From Chlorokybus atmophyticus (Eukaryota; Plantae; Mesostigma and Chlorokybus algae), in contig RHPI01000733.1 of NCBI GenBank assembly GCA_009103225.1, positions 40,523 through 104,522 of the forward strand: 64,000 nt of DNA, written 5' to 3'. The position numbers and the translations under genes are program-made. Positions 35,300-46,801 of this stretch are shown piece by piece. Under the pieces are notes generated by a model that had not been told where the DNA came from, did no database searches, and saw only the letters and a program-made list of their open reading frames with translations. Every line of letters begins with the position of its first letter. Within the stretch, counting starts at the first letter, position 1.

Positions 35300-38295
35300 A
35301 GAGGAGGCAGTTCAGCTTCAACGTGAAGGAACTGGGCGTTTGCTCAATTTATCAGATGGACATCGAGTTGGTGGACACCGAACCGGTGTTTGGACCACAA
35401 TATCGACTCTTCAAATTCAGGCCTGATTCACGAGTTCGCATCGGACTTTGCGGCCGCAACCATCATGCCCTTGAAGAAGGATTCAGCAGGCAACTGGACA
35501 GACCGGCGTATGTGCGGCGACTAGCGCCCCCTCAACAACAAGACCAAACAAGACAGGTATTCAATGCCTACTGCAGAGGGTATCTTTAATGATGTAGGTG
35601 ACGGTATCGTCTGCGGCATCCTGGACATGCGACAAGGGTACCACCAAATTGCCATCAAGGAGGAGGACAAGCACAAGACCTCTTTTTGGGGCAACCGGCA
35701 GCTGTACCAGTAGAAGGTCATGCCCTTGGGACTGCTAAATGCTCCTGCCAAGTTTCAATGCGTCATGGATAAAACCTTGAAGGGGCTGGACTTCGCGCGA
35801 TGCTACATTGACGACATTCTCATCTTCAGCCGTAGCAACGAGGAGCACCTACAGCACATCGAGGAGGTGCTGGAGACTCAAAAGGGTGGGGATGACGGAC
35901 CCCGACAAGTGCACCTTCTTCACTCGCAAGGTACCCTACCTAGGGCACATGATTGTGATCCACGGTGTGTAAGTACAGCAGGTGAAGGTGGAGGCCTTGG
36001 CAGCTATCCCTGCTCCAACGGACCTTGCGCGCCTTTTTGGGCCTGGCCAACTACTATCGCCGGTTTGTGAAGGACTTCGCAAAGATCGCGCGACCCCTCA
36101 ACGAGCTTCTGAAGAAGGAAGTGGAGTTTGCGTGGAAGGAGCCACAACAGCAGGCGTTTGAGGAGCTAAAGAGCAGGCTCACCACCGCTCCCATCCTGCA
36201 ACGCCCTGACTACACCAAGCCCTTCATCCTCGACACCGACTGGAGCAAGCTTGGGATGGGGACTGTGATGGTGCAGCACGATGAGAACAAGAAGGAGCGG
36301 TTGGTATCGTACGCCAGCCGAAGCAACAACAGCGCTGAGGCCAACTACAGCAGCTACGAGGGGGAGTGCCTCGCTGCATGTGTGGCCATCTCCTTCTTCA
36401 GACCTTTCCTTTTTGGTCAACAATTCCAGCTGATCACCGATTATTAGCCACTCAAGTGGTTGATGACCAACCAACATCTGATAGGGTAACTTGCTCGCTG
36501 TTATTGCAGGAGTATGACTCCGACATCGACCACCGCGCCGGCCTCACCAACCAAGACGCCGATGGCGTTAGTCGTAACCCTCACCTCAACACCAACGATG
36601 CAACCGGAGCTCGACATGGGCTCGGCCCTGTAGCAGCAGCTCCCACCGTGGCGGCCATGTTTGTTGTTGCCGCGTTATGTTCAGGGCGCCATATCAACCA
36701 CCGCCACCTCAACCGCATAGGAGATTCCTGCCCTGAAGTCCACCGGCCCCACAATGACCGCACCCCTAGGGGACGCCCACGCAGTCGATAATAAAGTCGA
36801 CGATGCCGAGCTGGCACCCACCGACACCAGGCAGGACATATGGCTGGACAAGCCCATCACTCTCCTTCCTTCAAAGTGGCCAGCTTCCCTCCAACATGAG
36901 TGCGCGAGAGAAAGATCGTGTCAGTTAACGCACCCGCCACTATCGGTGGGCGGATGACAAGCTTTATCGCCGCGTCCATGACGAAGACAAGGAGTTGCCG
37001 ACATCAGCCACCCGCGAGGGCATCATCACTGCCCTCCATACGGAGCTTGGATACTTTGGTGTCAAGCGTACAGTTACCCTGGTAAGGGCGCAATATTGGT
37101 GGTATGGGCTGTCCAAACAGGTGCAGGGGTTTGTCAGTCGCTGCCAACAGTGTGACATGGTACGCGCCAGCCTCAACACACGCAGCGCCACCTTGCACCC
37201 TCTCCCCATTTCCGGTCTTTTCGATCGCTGGCCACTCGACATCTTGAGAGACTTGGCACCCTCGGCACGTGGCAACCGTTACATCCTGGTTATGATCGAG
37301 CACTTCTTCAAATGGGTGGAGCTGGTGCCATTACCCGACAAGAGCAGCGGGGGGGTGTCTTAAGCCTTCCTCTCCCATGTTCTTAGCCGGTTCGGCAGCT
37401 GCGCTGAGGTCATCACCGACTAAGGCACTGAGTTCAGGGGGGAGTTTTACGCCCTGTTAGACAGATGCTACATCGATCATCGCCGCACTTCATGTGACCA
37501 CCCCCAAGCCGACGGTCTCGCCGAACGGACTGTACAGACCATCAAGAAGGCACTCCGCAAGTACGTGCTGGAAGATGAGAAGAACACCTGGGATGACCAC
37601 CTTCCGTGGGTGGCCCTTGAATACCCATTGTCAAAGCAGGCGGCTCTGCACGAGTACAGCCCATACTACCTACTGTTCGGGCGTCCGCAATTGCTTCCTT
37701 TCCGTGCACAGCAAGAAGTAAATCGTGTGGTAAACAACCCCGACGATCCCGACTGGATGCACCACGACATTACCACACGCGCCGCGCTGTTCAAGCACAC
37801 CGTCCTGATGGCCTTCAACATCCTACGTATCGCACAGCAGCGCGACACCCTGCGCTATGAGCGCGTGCGGAGCGGCTTCTACCAGGAGCGCCGACGGCGG
37901 TTTCGAGCAGGGGACTTTGCCTACCGCATGGCAGCCACCAAGGACACGCTCGACACCTGCGTGGGCCGCACCGTCTACAAGGTACTCAAGGTGTACCCCA
38001 CAGGGGTGCTGGACATCCTCAATCAAAACGGCGAGAGGGTGAAAGACAACATGGTGATCTGCGCGCCATGTCACCTTCCTTACATAGCTGGCTTTGCGCG
38101 CATCCAGCACCCTCGCTCCGCCGCAGCACATGCTGTGAACGCTGCGGCAGCACCGGCGACGATGCACTTATGATGCTCTGCAATGGCTGTAATAAGGGCC
38201 TGTACTGCTATTGTCTGGAGCCCCCATTTGATGCAATACCCATGAAGGAATACCGGTGCGACGATTGCCGCACCAACGGTCCTCACCTGCGTTAA
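35300..38295 (+). pseudogene. Ty3/gypsy pol: RT, RNase H, integrase, C-terminal PHD finger
   Basis: GNWTDRRMCGD*RPLN, LDMRQGYHQI, MPLGLLNAP, YIDDILIFS; FILDTDWS, YSSYEGECLA, ITDY*PLKWL; HTELGYFG, CQQC, RWPLDIL, ITD*GTEF, ADGLAERTVQTIK; CERCGS...LCNGCNKGLYCYCL...CDDC. Multiple stops and frameshifts. Confidence 0.9.
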
Positions 38296-38345
38296 CAACT
38301 AAGCTCTGGCGCTGGAACCTCCCCAGAAGCTCAGGGGGGGTGGCT

Positions 38346-39383
38346 TGTTAACTGTGTGTCCTACAGCATGTACACTAAGGAGGACACCGCCTCCACATGT
38401 CCGTGTGATTCAGCAACAGCGAAGCAGCTCCACCAAGCACTCCTCGCCATACAAGCTGGGTTATCTTTTACTTGTGCTACATGTTACAACATGTTGCAGC
38501 AACATGGCTAGCAAGCATGTCTTTCCCTGCAGCGGCCCGAGACAGTGTGGCCCTCGAGTCTCCTCGACCCAACAGCTGTCATGCCTATTGCCCGCGCATA
38601 CCAGCCTTCATCGCGCATGCCTACATCAAAACCATCGCCCAGCCTACCAGCATACCAACGCGCGCGCGTCACTGACCTGTAGCTAGGGCATGACTCTAAA
38701 GTAGCTCACGACCATAGCTTACATAGGCACCGCGCGTAGCTGTTCAGTTATGAGTTATGTTCTATATCAAGTGGTAATTGCTGTGAAAATAGCCTCGATA
38801 TGACCGTTAGCTTATGTTCTGAACAGTCATGATTTGACTTGTATAAGCAGTCACAATGTTCACCGGATCAGCTAATGACACTGTGAGTGAGAAAGCTAAG
38901 AGCTTGTGAAACGACTTCAACCGCGAACACGTCATCCCGGTTACCAAGAACCCCCTCACTGTGTGAGAGCCTGCGCATGCTCGTAGGCATCATGCTTGTC
39001 ATTGCTGTGAGCTTGGTGTGCCTGGTTGCAGTGTGTTTGTTGGCATCGGTTAGGGCATGGTATTCACGTATTGCTTGCTCATTCACCTCACTTAACAGTG
39101 TAACACATTTTCCGCTCATGCAAAGAACTGTGTAAACAGCACTACGTATAGCTTGTTGACTGTGTGTCCTACAGCACAGCATGTACACTAAGGAGGACAC
39201 CGCCTCCACATGTCCGTGTGATTCAGCGACAGCGGAGCAGCTCCACCAAGCACTCCTCACCATACGAGCTGGGTTATCTTTTACTTGTGCTACATGTTAC
39301 AACATGTTGCAGCAACAGGGCTAGCAAGCATGTCTTTCCCTGCAGCGGCCCGAGACAGTGTGGCCCTCAAGTCTCCTCGACCC
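38346..39383 (+). repeat. 3' LTR region with A-B-A' structure
   Basis: A = 38346-38570 is repeated as A' = 39154-39383; B = 38577-39161 matches 15448-16047. Starts with TG directly after the PPT. Confidence 0.7.
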
Positions 39384-41585
39384 GATAGTGTGCATGCGCG
39401 TGCGCGTGCGCGTGCGCGTGCACGTGCGTGTATGTGGGGTGTGTGTGTGGGTGGGTTTGGGTGTATCTGTAAACGTTCGTTTACATGTGTGTGTGCATGC
39501 GTGTGTGTGCTGAGGGTTTTGTAAGAGTAGGTTCAGGCGCACATAGCTCAAGAGCGCGCACGCTATGACGCGTGGATGGCCGACACCATCCCACTGCAGC
39601 AAAGGTAAGGTTGGTCAATTCCACTACACGCATTGTGAGTCCGGCCCATACGAGTACACACGCACACGTATGCGCACATGTAGGCGCGCACTTATGCACT
39701 CACACATGCGTGTGCACACGCGTGCAGACACATGCTCGTGCACATACTTGTGCGCACGCGCATACGCATGCATACACAATCCCATGCGCATCNTAAGTGA
39801 ACAAACCCATTTAGTGAACAAACCCAGCACACCTGCACACTCGTGACAACCATATGGTACATGGTATACATGCATCTATACCAAGTACATAGGCAAGACC
39901 ATGGTATCATTTTCAGCAAGGCTTAAATCGAGCACACGTTGGTTTGCGTCTACTGTACCAAGGCACAGCATGATAGTGGTTGGGCAGTAGCAAGCAGCAG
40001 GTGAGTGGTTAACCACTCAAACTAACTAGTCAATCACCTACAGGCAGTAACAGGCAAGGCAGCAGCATGCAACTAACTCAAACTGATGTGCTGGCTCCTT
40101 CAGCAACATGCAGCATACAATGTTAGGCAGGCAGAGCGGCCTCACCTACCCACAGTTATATAAGGTAATTGTCATCACTCCATGCACACACACTCACTCA
40201 GCATAGGCAGTACACAGCACTGCTGCAGGACACGATAGGGGAAGCCATGACACCATGAGCATCTGCTAGATTCTACTCTATGTGCTCTATGTGCATTGCG
40301 ATGCGGCATTGCATTGCACACAGAGCTCGTAGAGTACTACTTTAGTTATTATTTGCTATGCGGGTCAAGGCAGATAGCAGGCAGCAGGCTCTGCAAGCGT
40401 TTGCCAGCTGTTAACCCAACCAAGCAACCTGAACGTCACAGCTGTATAGTCAGGGCGAAGAAGAAGTTGTAGTGGTAGTAGTAGTTGCATGGCAACCAGC
40501 ATGATGGGCAGTAATGAGAAGTGGTCCCCGCGATGCCCTCCGCCAACTTCATGTATGGCCATTTTCATTTGCTTTTGCTGGGGGCCTGCGTGTCTGTGCG
40601 TGCGCATGTTATGCACGAGTCAAGTATCCTAATGAGTATGTCACCATGAAAACGCATGTTCAGAGTGTGCATGCAGCCTGCATGCATGCACGCCTGCATG
40701 CATGCACGCATGTACGCACATGCACCCGTGCTCTCACACACAAACACAACATAGCATTAAGACATATATCGCAAGTGGCCATCGCCTGATGCGACTTTTG
40801 TACACTCTATGCAATACAGAGTTTTTTTACACCAACAGGTGTAATACACAATACACGCTACACAGACAACCTACAAACGCACTGATCCAACCCTACATAA
40901 TGTCAAAACCACTACGCACAGACACTACGCACCAACTAACACCAAACGCACAACTAGCAGACACAGTGATGAGGGGTCACCTGCCTACTAAGCCAATACA
41001 AATGCAAATACACAAACACAAGGTATCAATCTAGTCCAACGCCACAACTACGACAGAGAAATAATGTTGGGTTTCGGGTGGGGGGCCACAGCCTAATACA
41101 CAGACACAACACTTACATATGCCCACACGAGTGTTGTCTTCGACCGTGTGATGATGGCCCACGTAAAGCCCCTCTGAGGTAGGCATCTGTCGCACAAAAA
41201 TGCTTGTGTACACACGTGTGTGTGTGTCGTCCGCCACACACACCTATGTTACATATGTCGTTTGTTTGGCCCCCCGTACATGCCCGGCCGTACCTGGCTG
41301 ATAAACGATTGTGTTAGGAGTTCATGCATGTGCATGCATTTGTATGTGTGACGTGCGGGTACGGGTACGCGAGCATGCGTGCGTGAGCATGCGAGTGTGC
41401 ATGTGTATGCAATTGCATGTGCGTGTATGTGCAAACACGTGCTCATGCACACGTGCACGTGTACATGTACGCTCGTGTACACATGTGCACGTGCGTGCTC
41501 GTGTGCGTGTGGGCCTTCGTGCATGCACGCATGTTCAAGTGCGCATGTGTCTGTGGAGAAAGGCACACTGCCACTCACACTCACC

Positions 41586-44500
41586 TGTCACTCGCGGGCC
41601 CGTTTGCACGCCGTCCCCTTGCCCCCCTCTTCCTCTCCACTCTCATCACTGATCACCTCCACGTCTTTGTCATCCGCCACACCCTCCTCCTTGTTCTCCT
41701 TGCTACTCTTCTCAGCCTCCCCGTTAGGGAAATAGGAAGTCAGCTCGAAGTTGGTGATCGCCGCGTTGCCCCGGAACTTGATGGCCGCCAGGTCGTACGC
41801 GCGGGCGGCGTCCTCCTCGGTGGCTGCGTGTGTGTGTGTGTGTGTGTGTGTGAGGCAACTGGACAGACCGGCGTATGTGCGGCGACTAGCGCCCCCTCAA
41901 CAACAAGACCAAACAAGACAGGTATTCAATGCCTACTGCAGAGGGTATCTTTAATGATGTAGGTGACGGTATCGTCTGCGGCATCCTGGACATGCGACAA
42001 GGGTACCACCAAATTGCCATCAAGGAGGAGGACAAGCACAAGACCTCTTTTTGGGGCAACCGGCAGCTGTACCAGTAGAAGGTCATGCCCTTGGGACTGC
42101 TAAATGCTCCTGCCAANCGTGACACACCATACGCACATGCACACAGCATTGCGTGAGCTAACAGATGCACATACCGTTACACCTGCATGCATAAGTGGAC
42201 AGCATTATAATAATACGCATGCACACAGCATGCATATACGCATGCACATGCACTTACACGCATGCGCATGCAACGAATGATGAGAGCACGCACACGTGCA
42301 GCACTCAATGTGCACAAGAGACATCCTCCTCTGTTTTCTTATATAGCTTACAAACTCTCCTAACCTGGTGACGCCACGGTAGCGGGAGGCCCCGCGTGAA
42401 AACCCACTGCTCTTCCTGCCGCCAACAATCAACACATCCTGTCAGTGTGTGCACCGTTCTGCTGTCACTGGTTGGTTACAGTGGCACATACACACGTACC
42501 TGCGCAGCGATGCGATCAGCTCCTCCTTGCTTGTGGACTCGATGGCCGCGAGCTCCTCGTCATACTCTTCAATCTGTGCGCCATCGTTCATGCGTGCGCA
42601 TTGTTGTTACTTGCTATGATGTATCACGCACGTGTGCACGTGCACGTGTGCAAATATACATGCAGACAACGGCGCATGCATACACCTGCATGCATGCACA
42701 CACACTGATGCACCCGCATGCACATGCACATGGACACGCACGCACGCGCACACACACACACACATACACTCATAACCAGGAGGAACCTTCATGGGTACAC
42801 AACAACTCCTCACCGGAAAGTTGGTCACGGCATCGCGTCCCCAATACCGTATGGCCGCGCGGTCGTACGTTCTCGCCGCCTGCTCCTCATCTTCATAACC
42901 ACCTGCAAAACACACACAAGCACACGTTCATACCACGTCAACATGCACAAGACTGATCAGATGCTAAAATGCGTACCGAGATAGACTGTTGAGGTCAACC
43001 GTCCGCAACAAACGAAGAAGAAGTTATAAAAAAGCCATAGTTAGCAAGTTGTCTTGCAACCTCGTTCGAGTTCATTGCATATGGGAACATTCTGTGTCTC
43101 ATTCATGCGCAAGGCATTCGTTCATTCCAAGCTTCATGAATCACAGAGAGATGGCCTTCCTTGCCTTGCTTCCCTTTCTTGCTGTTGCAGCGGCGACGGC
43201 TGTCCCACAGATGAGCCTCGTAGCGGCCAGTCCAGCGGTGCCTGCGTGCACACACACAAACTCTGTTGGCCCGAATGACAATAATTATAACACACGCAGA
43301 CAGTGTGTGTTTGTGTGAGTGTGTGTGTGTGCGTGCGTGCGCGTGAGACGTGCCCAGACCGTCTGTGGCACATCACAAGTTCGCCTTGTGTGTGCCACAG
43401 ATGTGCGTACATGCTTGCGCATGGATGCGTGTGCATGTGTGCGTATGCACGCAAGTGTGCGTGAGGTTATGCGTGTGCACACACATGGGCATGCGCGTGA
43501 GCGTGTGTGCGCAAGATGTGCGCAGACACATCACAAGTTCACCTTGTCACGCCGCGGTAGTTGCTGCTTCGCGTGCTGGGTCCCGTATCCCTCGGCCTCT
43601 GTTTACGCGCTCCAGGCCTCGTCGCCCTGCCCACACAACCACCCACACAAGTTGTATCATCCTATACAACCCAACATCATGGGAGCGCATCACACCTCAC
43701 CTTGACTTGTTGCACGGGGATTGGGTGGGACTGCAGCTGTCGTTGGTGTTGTCGCTGTTGACGGGGCTGCCGATAGGGCTGTCGATGATGTTGTGGTTTG
43801 TTGGAGGCGTAATTGTTGTCGGGTGGGTCATCGAGCGGGTGCGTATGGACATGGAGGACGAGGGCGCAAAGAGCTCCTGTAATAGCTGATTGAGACACTG
43901 GTGACACACACACACACACACACACACACGCGACACATGCGTGCAGACGCACGTGTGAGCATATACGTGCGCGTGTGTGTTTGTGTGTTCATGCGTATGT
44001 GCATGTGAGAGTGAGAATGCGCGCACACACATGCCCACAGCTACACGCAGACACAGGCACCCACAGTTGCAGATACGCACGCGCATAGCTATGTTGTAAA
44101 CAGTGTAGCCTACCTTTGCCGTGCGTACGCGCATTGTTGTCATACTCATTGGAGGCAGGCTAGCAGGAGGAGGAGGAGGAGGCTCGTTAACCATTAACGC
44201 CGCTGGCAACCCTGGCAACAAATCCAACAATGAGTCTCCTTCAACCAATCTCTGCACCACATTACAACGACATGCCAACAAGAGGTGCAGCACATGTGTG
44301 CACGCGTGCATGTGCGCGCGTGCACACATGCACTTGTGCGCATGCACACATGCGCCCAAGTGCACATGTGTGCATGCGTGCGTGCAACCACACAACAGCG
44401 AGTGTCTGCTGAACTTGAGCACCTGGCTGAATGTTGTGACCAGCGATGCACATGTCCCCATCCGCCTCTTCGCGCGCCACAGCCGCACTCGTCATTGCCA

Positions 44501-44780
44501 AACTGTTGTCGTTGGATGCCAGTAGCAAGCAGCTTGGCGGAGACGGCGTGCGTGTTGGCGTGGACGCGTGCTGCCGGAGTGCTGTCCTCGTTGTTGTTCT
44601 TGCTGTTGTTCTTGTTGTTGGTGTTGTGGTGGGGGTTAGCGCCCTGCTGCTCAGCACCTGATGAGGACCCGCGAGTGTTGTGGTTGTGGTAGTTGTTGGG
44701 GATGGCGTTGGTGTGGGTGTAGGTGTGGGTGGCGGCCTCCATATAGATGACATACCCTCTGTGCTGATCTGCGCAGCACA

Positions 44781-44829
<49 letters not shown>

Positions 44830-46801
44830 CGTGCGTGCACGTGTGTGGGACTGCCATGTCACACATAGTGTTCAGGTTTGCTTACTTGGATTGGGGAGAA
44901 GCATGTCGTTGGCATGAACATATTGTTGTTGCTGTTGTTGTAGTTGTTCAAGCAGGCAAAATGCGATGGGGCCGATGATGATGTTGATGTTGTTGGGATA
45001 AATGCATCATTGCAAAAATGCGATCCCGGTTGAATCAACTGAAGCGCCTGCCAGATTTCTGGTATACTGGAAGACATCAGCTCCATAAAACTGGTGTTGT
45101 TGCCCGTCAATGCGCTTGCCTCACCTGGCACACACATGTACATATATGCACATGTGCATATGCTGTTTGCAGAGCAGTGTTGGTGACACACACAATCACA
45201 CACATGCACACGCACGCACACACACATACATGCGCACACGCATCGACGCATAAAATTATGTCTGCACACACGCGGACACATCCTGTCTCTTGCACGCACG
45301 CGCACACACACCCACATACAATAACCTTACCCAATCATGCGGATGTTGAGTTGACACATACACACTGTTCAGCCACTGGTCTGCCACCCACCACATGTCA
45401 TACAGCACACAATGTGCAATATATACAATGCCCATCATGTCAATGACTCAGTCATACAAACACCAATGGAGACTTGTGTATGTATCCAACCAAGGACCCT
45501 TACCCGAACGTGTCATGCTTGTTGTTGTCGTCATCAAGCAACTGCATGTGGGGTTGTTGTTGGTGTCCATCTGAGCCAAGCAGGTGGTGTGGTCTTCAAA
45601 TGGGAAGAGAGAGATGAAATCCACGCCAGAGGGCAGCTGACTGCTGCTGGTTGCCTCTCCAAAGGTGACCATGTTGTTGCCCCTTTCCAACTGGACAACA
45701 AACTGATGTGGTTCAACAATCCTCCTCTGATGCACTGACTGCTGGCCTCCTCAAGCCAGCAGCCAACCTGAGAGACACATACAGTTGTGTTGGCGTTGTT
45801 TGTAGGTGTGTTTGTGTAGTCGTAGACAGAAGGTGTCAAAGCACAAATCAACGGAACAGACATCTTACTCATACACACACATACGCACATACACACATGC
45901 ATGAGCCTTGAGATGAACGCCCCCATTACCTGTCTGATCAGAGCTGACAACACTTGTGTGTATGTGTGTTTGTGTATTCGTAGATAGAAGGTGTTAAGCA
46001 TGAATGAGCAACTGACCATACAGACATGCACATACACACACAATTGCATACTTTCCACACATGTACACACACATGCATGAGCCTTGATAGGAACGCCGCC
46101 TTGCCTGTCTGATCAGAGGTGACAGCACAATCTTGACAGAAAGAAAAAACCTCAGAGGCACTGTCAACAGACTGACACAAAACAACTCTGTAACGCATCT
46201 TTGCAGCGCTGTGTTACTTACAATGACCTAGGCCCGCCCAACTGCTACCATCTGTCTGAGCGGGCGAGAGAGAGTGTGTGTGTATCTGTCGTGTGCGTAA
46301 GAGAGTGTGTGTACGTGTGGTGTTGCTGTCAGTGTGGATGGTGGAGGGTTGGTACACTGGCCAGCGGGTATTGTTGGTACAGGTGGTGCGTACCATGTGT
46401 GTACCAAGCAGTCAGTGTCATGTACATGTACCAGGTGTTGGTGACATGACACCGTGCGTACAGAGACGTAAATGCACGTCGCTCGTCCTGTCTTGCCTTT
46501 GAGGACGCACATAGAGAAGCGACGTGACAGCCACGCACGTCCTTGTGGCTGTCACGTCACCATGCCCTGCGCTTGGCGGTGGTGACATGACAGGTGCCGC
46601 CGCTGCCAGCTGGGCTGTCCGGTCTACTGAGCGGCGCCCAGAGGCCGACCAGCTGGCAACCCCCCTCACCAGGTTTGGCAAGGTCGCCTGTACATGTGCT
46701 GCTGCAGTTGTCGGCATTGGCGCTGCGGCTGGCGGCGCCAACATCAACAATGCTCTTGAGGGCGCTGAGGGCCGGTCATGACGTCCATAAGCGCCGGCCA
46801 C
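41586..46801 (-). CDS. Double-AP2-domain transcription factor (ANT/WRINKLED-like)
   Basis: Exons 43626-43543 (RSSNYRGVTR), 43241-43165 (HRWTGRYEAHLWD...KGKQ), microexon 42985-42977 (VYL), GGYEDEEQAARTYDRAAIRYWGRDAVTNFP, linker ELIASLRRKSSGFSRGASRYRGVTR, and EEDAARAYDLAAIKFRGNAAITNF. The low-complexity N-terminal exons and both gene ends are approximate; one expected exon is missing at the N join (42117). Confidence 0.85.
41853..42116 (+). other. 264-bp copy of RT segment 35488-35751, likely an assembly artefact
   Basis: Appears identical, including the same stop codons; bounded by a (TG)n run and a single N. Confidence 0.75.

Larger units (their letters stand above)
15448..39383 (+). mobile_element. 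Decayed Ty3/gypsy LTR retrotransposon carrying DNMT and PHD domains, with three nested insertions
   Basis: Order gag (16465-) / protease LDSGA (30775-30789) / DNMT / RT YIDD (35804-35815) / RNase H / integrase / PHD. PPT AGGGGGGGTGGCT (38333-38345) followed by TG. Direct repeat 15448-16047 versus 38577-39161. The outer boundaries are approximate. Confidence 0.8.

Noticed and set aside
1-38295. Non-standard genetic code (TAA/TAG = Gln, as in some ulvophytes) as the explanation for in-frame stops
   Set aside because: The intact host genes (AKR, THI5-like, CASP) use CAG/CAA with no internal TAR codons, and THI5-like ends at TAA. The disrupted ORFs also contain TGA stops and frameshifts. Mutational decay is the simpler explanation.
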